A DNA stretch of 42,486 bases from a virus (IMGVR_UViG_3300043443_000233:1-42486), one strand, 5' to 3'. Positions 18,406 to 27,314 are shown, counted from the stretch's first letter. The notes: generated by a model not told the origin, from the sequence alone. Numbers and translations are program-made.

Positions 18406-20072
18406 GCTGGTACACCGCGCAGTTGGTTAATCATCGCGCCCACCGCGTTCTCGTCGGTGACCTGCGTCTCGGACAATGCCTTGGCGGTCTGCGCACCCTG
18501 CTGGGCGATCGCTGCCTGCTGCATGGCCTGCTCTTGGTCTGCGCGCTGCTTGCGCATCGCGGCCACCGCCTCGTCGTCGCGCACCATGGAGGGCGGCGTG
18601 CCCACCATCGCGGCGTACTCGTCCAGGGTCTGGTCGAAGTCGATCTTGTCCAGCACCTCGGGCTTGGCCTGCGCGACCTGGCCAGCGAAGGCCACGAAGC
18701 GCTCAATGCCGGTGATGCCGGTGAGCTTCATTGCCTGGGCCATGACCGAGGTGTACTCGACCGACAGGTCCATGCCTTGCAGCTCCTTGGGCGCGGGCGG
18801 CAGCAGGTTCATGCGCATCATGATGTTGAACGTGCGGTCGATCAGCGGGTCGAGCAGCTCGTCGTTCAGGCGCTCGAGCACCGGTCCGAGCATGAGCAGC
18901 TTTTCCTCGTGGCGCTCTTGGATCTCACGCGCCGTGATGTTGGAGCGCTGGTCGTTGGCGATCATGAGGAACAGGTCCTCGAAGAAAGCCCGGCGGATGC
19001 GGCCCTGGTTGTCCTGGATGTCGAGCATGAGCTCGTTGATCCGGGGATTGATCTCGTAGGCTGGCGAGAAGCCGGCCTGGCCAGACTGCACGTCGACATA
19101 GGTCACATCGCCGGGCAGCAGGCTGGCGCGCTGGTTGCGCAGCGAGCTCGGCGCCACCATGGGCGGGTTGACCATCTTGTCGATCGCCTGGGCCTTGCGC
19201 TTTTGCTCGAGCTGCAATGCCTTGATGTCGCCCAGCGCGTCCATGCCGGGGCTGTGGCCATAGACGTCCTCGCCGGTCAGCGACCAGCGGGAGGCCATGA
19301 CAGGGAAGTCATCGAAGCCAGCCTCGCGCAGCAGGTTCTCGCCCTCGGCCCCGCGCTCGTAGTAAATCGAGCGGAAACGCTTGTATCGAGATTCGGCTTT
19401 ACGCTCGTTGTAGTCCGGGTTGGGTTCGACCGCATGCACCACGTCGATCCATGTCTCGCCGTTGCCGCGCTCCCAGGCATTGCGCACCGCCAGCGAGCAG
19501 TTGGCCAGACCAAACTGGCCGACCAGTTGGCGCACGGTCATCTGGTATTCGCGATAGATGCTGTCGGTGTTGCCGCGGTAGGACGTGCCCAGGGCGTAGC
19601 TGCCGATCGGGAACGGGTAGCAGCGGATCACGTCCTCGTCGTCCTCGAGGACAGCGAAGGCGTTGGTGCCGAACACGCCCAGGTCACCGTAGGTGATGGG
19701 CAGCGTGGTGTAGAGGTTCGAGCGCAGGAAGACCTCCTGCATGCGCGACTTCACCAGGTCGAGCCACATCTTGACTGGCGTGTACTCGTTGAGCGCCGGG
19801 TCGCCGGTGCGCAGTGAGAACCATGGCCGGGCCGGCGAGGTGATGCCAGACATCATGCCGCTCGAGAGCGTGCGCACGGCCAAGGTGGCCGTGTTGTCGA
19901 TGATCTTGGTGTTCTTGCGATCGCCGCGGTTGCGGTCAGTGACCGTGAACCGAGCCTGGCGCGGCAAGATGTAGTCGGACAGATCCTGCCAGTGGCGGAT
20001 GAACGACGACCGCTCAGTAGTGAGCTCGCCGAGTCGTCGGTCGAGGCTCTTGCGTTTGGACTCGGTTTGCAT
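18402..20072 (-). CDS. Portal (head-to-tail connecting) protein
   Basis: MSGITSPARPWF, YGHSPGMDALGD and EEKLLMLGPVLERL motifs; 556 aa. Confidence 0.95.
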   Translation of the reverse strand: MQTESKRKSLDRRLGELTTERSSFIRHWQDLSDYILPRQARFTVTDRNRGDRKNTKIIDNTATLAVRTLSSGMMSGITSPARPWFSLRTGDPALNEYTPVKMWLDLVKSRMQEVFLRSNLYTTLPITYGDLGVFGTNAFAVLEDDEDVIRCYPFPIGSYALGTSYRGNTDSIYREYQMTVRQLVGQFGLANCSLAVRNAWERGNGETWIDVVHAVEPNPDYNERKAESRYKRFRSIYYERGAEGENLLREAGFDDFPVMASRWSLTGEDVYGHSPGMDALGDIKALQLEQKRKAQAIDKMVNPPMVAPSSLRNQRASLLPGDVTYVDVQSGQAGFSPAYEINPRINELMLDIQDNQGRIRRAFFEDLFLMIANDQRSNITAREIQERHEEKLLMLGPVLERLNDELLDPLIDRTFNIMMRMNLLPPAPKELQGMDLSVEYTSVMAQAMKLTGITGIERFVAFAGQVAQAKPEVLDKIDFDQTLDEYAAMVGTPPSMVRDDEAVAAMRKQRADQEQAMQQAAIAQQGAQTAKALSETQVTDENAVGAMINQLRGVPA

Positions 20073-20075
20073 GTC

Positions 20076-20375
20076 TTACTGGCCCAGCAAGCTCTTGGTG
20101 GCGGTGGTCGCGGCAGTGGTCACGCCCTGGCCACCGGTGAGCATGGTCGAGTCGCGGCCCATGGCCATGGCTTGACGGCGGCGCTCGCGATCTCGCGTGG
20201 CGTTGACAGCGGTCTGCTCCTCGGCCGACTCGGGCTTGGGTGCTGGGGCTGGAGGTGGGGCGCTGCTGCCCTTGCCACCACCGCCGCCGTAGACGCGGCC
20301 GCCGGGCTTGTGCTCTGTTGCGCTGTCGCCAAAGGGCTCAAGCAGTGAGTAGAGTTTTTGTCGGGAGATGTTCAT
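20076..20375 (-). CDS. Small Gly/Pro-rich virion-associated protein
   Basis: YGGGGGKGSSAPPPAP..STMLTG..KSLLGQ, typical of the pre-portal gene. Start uncertain (20375 or 20384). Confidence 0.7.
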   Translation of the reverse strand: MNISRQKLYSLLEPFGDSATEHKPGGRVYGGGGGKGSSAPPPAPAPKPESAEEQTAVNATRDRERRRQAMAMGRDSTMLTGGQGVTTAATTATKSLLGQ

Positions 20376-20817
20376 TGTGGTCACCTTTCGTGATGCTCAA
20401 GACGTGGAGGTCCAGCAGTTCGCCGTTGTGCAAATGGTATCGCGGGATGACGGCGTCCTCGCTGAAACCGATGTTGGTCATGGCAGCAGCCAATGCCTTG
20501 TACTGCGTCCACACCACGATTCTCTCGTATCCCAGCGCCCACGCTACAGGAATTGCACCCTTGGTCACGCTGCGCACCCGCAGCCCGTTGCCCATGATGT
20601 GGGGCTCGATGACCTTGGGGTTGTGCTCCACGCAACGGAACACGACGCGGGACTCCTTGCAGCCGATGAACACCATCTCGCCAGCTCGTGCTCGGGTGCG
20701 GATGTGCGCCATGGCGTCGAGCTTGGTGTAGTCGTGGCGGATGTCGCTGGGCACCAGGTACTGCCAGAGGAATTCCTGGAGCCACAGGTCGTCGATGTCG
20801 AATTCTTCGATCTTCAT
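20338..20817 (-). CDS. Putative GNAT-fold (RimJ/RimL-like) protein
   Basis: ATG 20817 overlaps the upstream stop. C-terminal IGFSEDAVIPRYHLHNGELLDLHVLSI resembles RimJ/L-type GNATs. Confidence 0.55.
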   Translation of the reverse strand: MKIEEFDIDDLWLQEFLWQYLVPSDIRHDYTKLDAMAHIRTRARAGEMVFIGCKESRVVFRCVEHNPKVIEPHIMGNGLRVRSVTKGAIPVAWALGYERIVVWTQYKALAAAMTNIGFSEDAVIPRYHLHNGELLDLHVLSITKGDHNEHLPTKTLLTA

Positions 20818-21068
20818 GCGTCGTCCTTTGGCATGTGCGCGCCGCACGTCCAGCGATAGCCGGCCTTGGTTGGCGTGCCGCATCCGGCCTGCTTGCTGCA
20901 TCCATCGACATCGCACGCCGCCACAAGCACACCGATCTCTCGGCACTTCGGGCAGGCGCTGATCGTGTCGCCCTCGTTGAACGGGTCAGGCGCTGTCAAG
21001 ATCTGGTCAGTGGTCCCGACCCATGCGCATCGCCACTCAGAGCAAACCCACTTGTTGTGTTCCATCAT
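20814..21068 (-). CDS. Cys-rich putative zinc-binding protein (84 aa)
   Basis: ATGA coupling to the terL stop; CxxxxC, CPKC, CDVDGC, C..CGAH. Confidence 0.65.
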   Translation of the reverse strand: MMEHNKWVCSEWRCAWVGTTDQILTAPDPFNEGDTISACPKCREIGVLVAACDVDGCSKQAGCGTPTKAGYRWTCGAHMPKDDA

Positions 21069-22540
21069 GCGCGCTCCAGCGGGTCGTACTCGGTGGCCAC
21101 CCCGCGCTGCTCGAAGGATGGGTGGATGTGCTTCATGCTGGGCGCCACCGGGAAGGCGAAGGTCAGCGCCAGCGCGTCGGCCTTGTCGGGTGAGCGGCCG
21201 ATCACGTCCTTGATGTCGTCCTTGTCGCACAGGCGAAACTTGTCACCCTGGAAGGTGTAGGTGGCTGCGGCCAGCTCCTCGGCCAGCTCTGAATCGTTGG
21301 GCAGCGCGCCGCCGTCCTTGATCCACTTGGCCATCTCGAACCACATCTCGCTGCGCTTGTTGAAGTAGCGCGGGTCGGTGGCCTTGCCCGAGAAGTACAC
21401 CTCGATCGGGTTGTGGTTGGTCTGGCGCAGGGCGTCGATCACGCCCACGCCGTAGCCACCAGTGGCATCCACAAAGGTGGCATCCGGCTTGAATTTGGCC
21501 ATGGCCTGGCCCACGGCGTTGGCCACCAGCATGGTGTCGGGTATGCGCAGTTGCCTGGGCTTGAAGGCCACCTTGCCCTGGCGCGGGAAGATCATCGAGC
21601 TGTCGTCACCCTGGCGGGCCACGTCCACGCCCAGGATGCGGGCTGCGAAGTTGTACTGGTGCTCGTTGTAGTGGCGAGCCTGCGCGGCCTCGATGTCCTC
21701 GGGCCCGATCAGGGCGTTGCTCGAGCTCGAGGGGAACACGCCGCGCACGCGAACGCGCACGAAGTCGGAGTCCTCGCCGTAGTCGTCGACCCACTTCTGG
21801 AGCTGGACCTTGTTGGTCATGGCCACGGTGCGGCTGTCGATCTGCCGGGTGATCCAGCGGTGCTTGAACTTTCCAAAGCACTCGCGGAAGCGCCCGATGT
21901 TTTGCGTCGGGTTACCAAAGCAGCACCAGATGATCTCGGTGTCGCTGTCGGTGAGCGCGCCCTCGGACACCTCCCAGATCAGGTCGTGGATGGCTGAGGC
22001 CTCGTCGAACACCAGCAGGATGCGCTTGCCCTTGTTGTGCAGGCCGGCGAAGGCCTCGGTGTTGCGCTCTGACCAGGGCACCATGTCGATGCGCCAGGTC
22101 TTTTCGTGGTCGGCGTCCTTGCTGAACAGCGCGGTGGCCGTGAGCTCGAACCAGGACCGGGTGATGCACAGGCGGAACCACTTGGCCACCTCGGCCCAGG
22201 TCTTGGTCTTGAGCTGGTTCTCGGTGTTGGCGGTCACCACGCCCTTGGTGTCCTCGTGGGTGCTGATGGCCCAGATGATGATCCAGGACACCAGCGCCGA
22301 CTTGCCGATACCGTGGCCAGATGCCACGGCCACCTGGATGGCCTCTTGCACGGACAGCTCACCGGCGCGCAGGCGCTCGCCGATCTCGGCCAGGATCTCG
22401 CGCTGCCACTGGTCGGGGCCCTGGAATTCCGAGAGCTCGCCCTTGCCCCACTCAAAGGCTGCCAGGACAAATCCCAGCGGGTCGTGGGTAAACCCCGCGA
22501 TGAACTCGACGAGCTCGTCCTGGACCTTATTTCGCGCCAC
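21065..22540 (-). CDS. terL: Terminase large subunit
   Basis: Walker A SGHGIGKS, Walker B LVFDEAS, GNPT, nuclease GVDVARQGDD and SPDKADAL. Confidence 0.96.
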   Translation of the reverse strand: MARNKVQDELVEFIAGFTHDPLGFVLAAFEWGKGELSEFQGPDQWQREILAEIGERLRAGELSVQEAIQVAVASGHGIGKSALVSWIIIWAISTHEDTKGVVTANTENQLKTKTWAEVAKWFRLCITRSWFELTATALFSKDADHEKTWRIDMVPWSERNTEAFAGLHNKGKRILLVFDEASAIHDLIWEVSEGALTDSDTEIIWCCFGNPTQNIGRFRECFGKFKHRWITRQIDSRTVAMTNKVQLQKWVDDYGEDSDFVRVRVRGVFPSSSSNALIGPEDIEAAQARHYNEHQYNFAARILGVDVARQGDDSSMIFPRQGKVAFKPRQLRIPDTMLVANAVGQAMAKFKPDATFVDATGGYGVGVIDALRQTNHNPIEVYFSGKATDPRYFNKRSEMWFEMAKWIKDGGALPNDSELAEELAAATYTFQGDKFRLCDKDDIKDVIGRSPDKADALALTFAFPVAPSMKHIHPSFEQRGVATEYDPLERA

Positions 22541-23048
22541 GCTCGCGGGCCTCCTTGATGCGGGTGGCCAGCTCGCTGCTGTCGCTCACCTCGATGCGCT
22601 CGGTGAACAGCTTGAGGTGGCGACCCAGGCGCTCGAGGTTCTGGCCCTTGTCGGCCAGCTTGATCTTCATCACATCGGCATAGCCCAGGTCGTCGTTGCC
22701 CTTGGTGACGATGTCGATGCCAGCCACGGCCGCAGCCGTCTCGTCGTCGAGCTCGTGGATGGCCTTGGGCGTGCCGTCGCCGTTGAGCAGCTTGCGCGGA
22801 TCAAAGAAGGCCAGCTTGGCGATCTCCTTGAGCACCCGCTCCGCGGTGATGCCGGTGACCTCGGCCCTTGCTTTCTTGAGCTCGTCGATCTTGGACGCAA
22901 CACTAACATTCGCTAACAGCCGAGCGCCCTGCTCGTTGGCCGTCTTTGCGCTGTACCCTGCCCTGAAGGCCGCCTGGGTGGCGTTGAGGTCGATGAGGTA
23001 TTCCTCGCAGAAGCGCTCCTGTTTTGGGGTGAGTTGGTCTTTGCTCAT
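22527..23048 (-). CDS. terS: Terminase small subunit
   Basis: LTPKQERFCEEYLIDLNATQAAFRAGYS signature. Confidence 0.95.
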   Translation of the reverse strand: MSKDQLTPKQERFCEEYLIDLNATQAAFRAGYSAKTANEQGARLLANVSVASKIDELKKARAEVTGITAERVLKEIAKLAFFDPRKLLNGDGTPKAIHELDDETAAAVAGIDIVTKGNDDLGYADVMKIKLADKGQNLERLGRHLKLFTERIEVSDSSELATRIKEARERGAK

Positions 23049-23056
23049 GGTGTTGC

Positions 23057-23413
23057 CTATTCTGCACCAGCCGGTGCGATGCGAAGCGCGATGGCGCCGT
23101 CTTTGATGGATGGCATGCGCTGGAGGACCAGGCGGTCGATCTGGCTGTCATCTTGCCAGAGCCCGGCCTTGGTGCAGGCATCCTCGACGACCTTGATGAC
23201 GTTGGACAGATCGCGCTTGCGCTTGTCGGGTGGGTAGATGTCGACCTCGAGCTCGATGCGGCACTCCAGCCCCATGGCCAGGCCTGACGATCGGATGACC
23301 CAGGCCACCTGTTCGTAGTACCGCCTGGCCGCATCGGTGAGGTAGTGCTTGCCCTTGGCGTGCTTCCACATGTGGTTGCCCGATGGCGGGTATGGGATGG
23401 ACAGCATAATCAT
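23057..23413 (-). CDS. rusA: RusA-family Holliday junction resolvase
   Basis: PYPPSGNH, PPDKRKRDLSN..K..D and DDSQI motifs. Start likely 23413 or 23407. Confidence 0.9.
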   Translation of the reverse strand: MIMLSIPYPPSGNHMWKHAKGKHYLTDAARRYYEQVAWVIRSSGLAMGLECRIELEVDIYPPDKRKRDLSNVIKVVEDACTKAGLWQDDSQIDRLVLQRMPSIKDGAIALRIAPAGAE

Positions 23414-23435
23414 CAGGTGTTGCTTTCGATAAAAG

Positions 23436-23669
23436 TTATCCACAATTCACAGCTCAAATTCCCCGGCTATCACCATCCATATCACCCCTTAAAGGGGGTG
23501 ATATGGTGATATGGGTCCCGTATCAGGTCGTATCAGGGGGGTGATATGAAAAAAGTGAGTATTCACGCGGGTTTGCGGGGTGTCGTATCAGGCATATCAC
23601 CTGACCTGATACGTGAGGAAAACGCACCATATCAGGGGGGGTGATACGCCATTTGCTTAAAAAATAGGC
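23436..23669. other. Putative replication origin (DnaA box, TATCA-core repeats, Fis-like site)
   Basis: Non-coding. TTATCCACA at 23436, a 12-bp perfect inverted repeat at 23477-23506, many TATCA/TGATA cores, GCTTAAAAAATAGGC at 23655. Confidence 0.55.
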
Positions 23670-23671
23670 AG

Positions 23672-23899
23672 TCATTTTGTTGCCTCAATGACGACATGCG
23701 GCTCATACCAGCCCTCGTCGTCGATGAATAAAACGCGGGCGCGGTGGTCATCCTTGTCCATGCGCAGCACGGCGATCGCCATGGCTGTCTTGGCGTCAAG
23801 CAGGTCCTTGGTAACGGTGCGCCAACGCTTGGCCCACAGGCGCTTGACCTGGCCGATGTAGTGGCCCTTGGGTGCGTGGATGTGGACGACGTTGCTCAT
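23672..23899 (-). CDS. Hypothetical protein (75 aa)
   Basis: ATG 23899 coupled (ATGA) to the upstream stop; MSNVVHIHAPKG. Confidence 0.65.
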   Translation of the reverse strand: MSNVVHIHAPKGHYIGQVKRLWAKRWRTVTKDLLDAKTAMAIAVLRMDKDDHRARVLFIDDEGWYEPHVVIEATK

Positions 23900-24099
23900 G
23901 CCTGGCCCTTCTTGTTTTCTGGCTGCTGCCAGTACCACTCGCGGAACTTTGCGAAATTGCGCCACCCGCCGTAACAGTCCAGCACCTTGTGCCCCGTCCA
24001 GTTGCTCATGCGTACCAAGCCAAGAATGGCAAGCAGCAATAGCATCCACCCCGCGCAGATGGCTGTAAGCCAGCCCATGACCAAAAACATATCGTTCAT
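23896..24099 (-). CDS. Small membrane protein (67 aa)
   Basis: ATGA coupling; hydrophobic N-terminal segment. Confidence 0.6.
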   Translation of the reverse strand: MNDMFLVMGWLTAICAGWMLLLLAILGLVRMSNWTGHKVLDCYGGWRNFAKFREWYWQQPENKKGQA

Positions 24100-24290
24100 G
24101 CCTTCCACCTTTCTCTGATCTTGTCGGCTGCCTGGTAGGGCTCGGCCTTGTCTGCCACCTTGGCGCAGTCCTCGGCGACCAGGGCGGCGAAGTGCTCCAG
24201 CTTGTCGATGTATGTGATCTCGCCAGTGCGCCAGTAGTAAGGCATCAGGGACTCTTTGGCCATGCGGATCACGTCGTCTCGGTCAATCAT
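24096..24290 (-). CDS. Hypothetical protein (64 aa)
   Basis: MIDRDDVIRMAKE..LEHFAALVA, a common small phage ORF; overlaps the primase stop. Confidence 0.7.
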   Translation of the reverse strand: MIDRDDVIRMAKESLMPYYWRTGEITYIDKLEHFAALVAEDCAKVADKAEPYQAADKIRERWKA

Positions 24291-26169
24291 CGTTGCCTCG
24301 CTTCCATATCGGTGTTGCTTTTTCCTTGCGCACCAAGTTGCGCCCGGTCAGGGACAGCGCCTGGCTTGCCTTCTCGCTCAGTTTGTAGCCCTGGCCATCC
24401 TTGACCAGCAGGCCCTTCTCGGCGCAGCGCTTGACCGCCCGCTGGGCTGATGCCTGGGTGCAGCCGAGCACATCCTTGAGCTCGCTGAACGGCAGCCACC
24501 CGCGGTCGACGGCCTCGATCACCTGCTTGGCGGTGATGTCCTGGCCCTCGGAATCGGTGCCCACCTTGTAGGCGAACGCATCGTCGTGCGGCTCGAGCAC
24601 CACGCTGTCGACCTCAACGCCGCCGACCTCGCCCAGCTCGACCACCTTGAACTTGAATGTCATGTCCGGTGGCATCTCGGCGTCTTTCATCTTGGTGGCC
24701 GTGAGCGCCACGACGCCAGCCTCGTTGGCCACCTGATACTCGGCATCGAGCGCGGCCTTGAGCGCCGAGCTGCCGCGAGCGCGGTCCATGTTGTGGCCAG
24801 AGTGGTGCACCAGGTTGACGTTGCAGCCGAACGGGTGACGCACCCAGGTGTCCAGGTGCTCGACGAACTTGCCCATGTCCGAGGTGCTGTTCTCGTCGCC
24901 GTCGCCAAAGTTACGGGCCACGGTGTCAACGACCACCAGCGACGGGGTGACGCCGGTCTGCTCGATCATCACGATGATTTCATCGTGGAGCTCTTTTGCT
25001 GATGCCTCATTGAAGATGGACACCGCCCGGCGAGACTTGAACAGCGGCGCACCTTTGAGGCTGACGCCTGCGTGCTTGGACCAGGCAGCAAAGCGCCGGG
25101 CCAGACCGTTGTGGCCCTCGCCCGCGATGTAGAACACGGCGCCCTGCTTGACCGAGTGGCCATGCCAAGGCGTGCCGGTCGCGATGCAGCAGGCCATGCC
25201 CACGGTCACAAACGACTTGCCGCCGCCCGGTGCGCCGTAGATCAGGGACAGCGAATCCGTTTCGATGTAGTCCTCGATCAGCCACTGGATCGGCTGGAGG
25301 TTGTCGACCAGATCGCCGACCGACACGAACAAGCCCTCTTTCGGTGGTGGCACCTCGACCTCGATCGCGTCGACGATCGCGCCCTCGATGTCCGAAACTG
25401 TCGCGCCTGAACCAATCCAGTCAGAAAGGTCTTTGCCGTGTCTCACATTGAGCAGGCCCACGTTGCGCGCTTTGCCTGTTAGGGTTTGCACTACCCACGC
25501 CGCGTGCCGCTGGCCGGGTTCGTCTTGATCGGGCACCACAACCACGTCCGCATTGACTAGGACATCGGCAAACTCGGGCAGCCACTTGTTGCCGCTGCCG
25601 TTGTCCGCTCCCATGGCATTGCAGGTGGCCACCAGTCCCATGGTCCTGGCCGTCTCGACATCCTTCTCGCCCTCGCAAACGTAGATGGTTTGCCCCGCGG
25701 CCACGGCCTGGATGATCTCGGGCAGGCGGTAGAGCACCCGGCGCACGCCCTTGATCGACCAATTCCAGCCGCTGCCCTCGGGTCGTCTTTGACGAAAATC
25801 TTTTGGGTCATAGCGCACGGCCTGGTAGAGCAGCTCGCCGTCCTCGTTGACGTAGTCGTAAGTGGCCACGATCTGGCCGCGGCCTTGGCCAAAGCTCACC
25901 TTGACCGGTGGTGGTGCGAGCTTCGGTGGTGCACTTTTTGCAGAGCTTGGCCACAAGTCCAACACCTTGAGGTGCGCGATCACGGTGTCCTGATCGCAGC
26001 CAGCGTGACAATGCACGACCAGCTTTCCATCTCTGCCGTGGCCAACCGAGAGGCTGGCCTTTTTGTCGTCATGCGCCGGGCATCGGCATGACCAATCGTT
26101 GCCTGATTTTCTGCCGCCACCCAATGTGCGGGCAATGTGTTCTGCATCCAAAACGGTCCCCTGAAACAC
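24283..26169 (-). CDS. Primase-helicase (Zn-binding domain, TOPRIM, RepA-like SF4/AAA_25 helicase)
   Basis: CPAHDD..HCHAGC, VCEGEKDV..PDQDEPG, Walker A GAPGGGKS, VVVDTVAR, VHHSG..RGSSAL. Confidence 0.92.
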   Translation of the reverse strand: MFQGTVLDAEHIARTLGGGRKSGNDWSCRCPAHDDKKASLSVGHGRDGKLVVHCHAGCDQDTVIAHLKVLDLWPSSAKSAPPKLAPPPVKVSFGQGRGQIVATYDYVNEDGELLYQAVRYDPKDFRQRRPEGSGWNWSIKGVRRVLYRLPEIIQAVAAGQTIYVCEGEKDVETARTMGLVATCNAMGADNGSGNKWLPEFADVLVNADVVVVPDQDEPGQRHAAWVVQTLTGKARNVGLLNVRHGKDLSDWIGSGATVSDIEGAIVDAIEVEVPPPKEGLFVSVGDLVDNLQPIQWLIEDYIETDSLSLIYGAPGGGKSFVTVGMACCIATGTPWHGHSVKQGAVFYIAGEGHNGLARRFAAWSKHAGVSLKGAPLFKSRRAVSIFNEASAKELHDEIIVMIEQTGVTPSLVVVDTVARNFGDGDENSTSDMGKFVEHLDTWVRHPFGCNVNLVHHSGHNMDRARGSSALKAALDAEYQVANEAGVVALTATKMKDAEMPPDMTFKFKVVELGEVGGVEVDSVVLEPHDDAFAYKVGTDSEGQDITAKQVIEAVDRGWLPFSELKDVLGCTQASAQRAVKRCAEKGLLVKDGQGYKLSEKASQALSLTGRNLVRKEKATPIWKRGNDD

Positions 26170-26247
26170 TGTCCAAAATTAAAGGTGACACCAGGCGGGG
26201 CGTGGACAGGGATTCGCCTTTTCGTTCCGTCGAACTAGCCCGGTGTC
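26169..26247 (-). ncRNA. Candidate cis-regulatory 5'-UTR RNA of the primase-helicase (three-way junction plus pseudoknot)
   Basis: P1 GACACCGGGC/GCCUGGUGUC, P2 GUUC/GAAC, P3 GGCG/CGCC. P3 loop CUGUCCA is complementary to UGGACAG at the start codon. Confidence 0.6.
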
Positions 26248-26253
26248 TTGACA

Positions 26254-26283
26254 ATTCTATATCATGTTGCGGGATTCGCAACG
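26254..26283 (-). promoter_or_regulatory. Sigma70-like promoter for primase (TTGCGA-16-TAGAAT) overlapped by operator O1 (26265-26283)
   Basis: Minus strand ttgcga atcccgcaacatgata tagaat; operator TGTTGCGGGATTCGCAACG. Confidence 0.65.
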
Positions 26284-26525
26284 GCCATTCCACTAAGTTG
26301 CTCAAGCGTGAGCTCGTGGCCAAGCCTTTTGGCCATGGCCATTAACCCCGCCCAATGCGCCTGCGGGATGCGGCCGCCCAGGCTTTGCCGGGACTTCGGC
26401 ATCATCCACCTGGTCACCGTGGAGGGCGAGATGCCCAGCTCACGCGCCACTGCGCGACAGCCGCCGAGCGAGTCGACCACCGACCGGGCCGGTTGCATGG
26501 AGTGTTTGATACGGGTTGTTGCCAT
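26262..26525 (-). CDS. Cro-like HTH regulator
   Basis: LGGCRAVARELGISPSTVTRW..GRIP; divergent from the repressor. Confidence 0.8.
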   Translation of the reverse strand: MATTRIKHSMQPARSVVDSLGGCRAVARELGISPSTVTRWMMPKSRQSLGGRIPQAHWAGLMAMAKRLGHELTLEQLSGMAVANPAT

Positions 26526-26575
26526 GGGTGCACCAGATAAAAACGATGCGCCAAGTCTATCCGCGGTTGACTCCA

Positions 26576-26594
26576 TGTTGACGGTAGCGCAACA
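26576..26594. promoter_or_regulatory. Operator O2 between cro and cI
   Basis: TGTTGACGGTAGCGCAACA, one of four related 19-bp palindromes. Confidence 0.7.
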
Positions 26595-26619
26595 TGATGC
26601 CTTTTGCGGCTACCCGACC

Positions 26620-27210
26620 GTGACAGAAATTAACCAATCCTGGTTTCAGGAGCGCCTGGCCGCGCTCAAGATCTCGCAGCGCCAGCTCGCCAAGCGCATC
26701 GGCCTGGACCCCGCGGCCGTGTCCTACATGTTTGCCGGCAAGCGCCGCATGACCATGGACGAGGCCCGCTCGATCGCCGAGCACATGCTGGTGCCGGTGA
26801 CCGAGGTGATGCGCCAGGCCGGCATCGAGGTGCTCGACGACGTGCGCAAGGTTCCGGTGGCCGGTTACATCGGGCCCGGCGCCACGGTGTCGCTGTTGCC
26901 TGTTGGCACCCACGACGAGGTGATCGCCCCGGCCGACGTGCCGGCTGGATCGTTCGCCGTGCAGGCGCGCATCGTCAACAACCCCAAGGATGGCTGGCTC
27001 TGGTTTGTCTCAGGCACGCAGCAGCCACCCGACGAGCTGCTCGATCGCTTGTGCATCGTGGCCCTGTCCGATGGCCGGCTGCTGTGCGCCATGCTGCGCC
27101 GCGGGTACAAGCAGCGCCTCTACAACCTGGTGCTGATGACCGACGCCGGCGTGCTCGAGAACAAGGAAGTGGCCTGGGCGGCCAAGGTGATGTGGATTCA
27201 ACCGACTTAG
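26620..27210 (+). CDS. CI-like repressor (XRE HTH plus degenerate S24-like C-terminal domain)
   Basis: ISQRQLAKRIGLDPAAVSYMFAGKRRM HTH and VPVAGYIG linker. Start uncertain (GTG 26620 or ATG 26575). Confidence 0.85.
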   Translation: MTEINQSWFQERLAALKISQRQLAKRIGLDPAAVSYMFAGKRRMTMDEARSIAEHMLVPVTEVMRQAGIEVLDDVRKVPVAGYIGPGATVSLLPVGTHDEVIAPADVPAGSFAVQARIVNNPKDGWLWFVSGTQQPPDELLDRLCIVALSDGRLLCAMLRRGYKQRLYNLVLMTDAGVLENKEVAWAAKVMWIQPT

Positions 27211-27274
27211 GGAAACCACCTAGATATTTATTTGTTTTGCGTGTTGCGATTACCTCAATGTGTTGTGCTAAGAT
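27208..27274 (+). promoter_or_regulatory. Early-operon promoter region: TAGG-N7-CCTA box, operator O3 (27242-27260), extended -10 TGcTAAGAT
   Basis: AT-rich intergenic stretch containing TGTTGCGATTACCTCAATG. Confidence 0.6.
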
Positions 27275-27314
27275 CGAGCCATCGACCAACCCACCTACCT
27301 ACCAGGAGCACACC

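Noticed and set aside
23460-23650. CRISPR-like mini-array
   Set aside because: The repeats are short, irregularly spaced and in both orientations.
26187-26247. Hammerhead ribozyme
   Set aside because: It has a three-way junction with GAAA but lacks the CUGANGA core.
26248-26574. N-terminal extension of the repressor in the 320-aa ORF call
   Set aside because: It overlaps cro on the opposite strand; the HTH begins only after about 26620.
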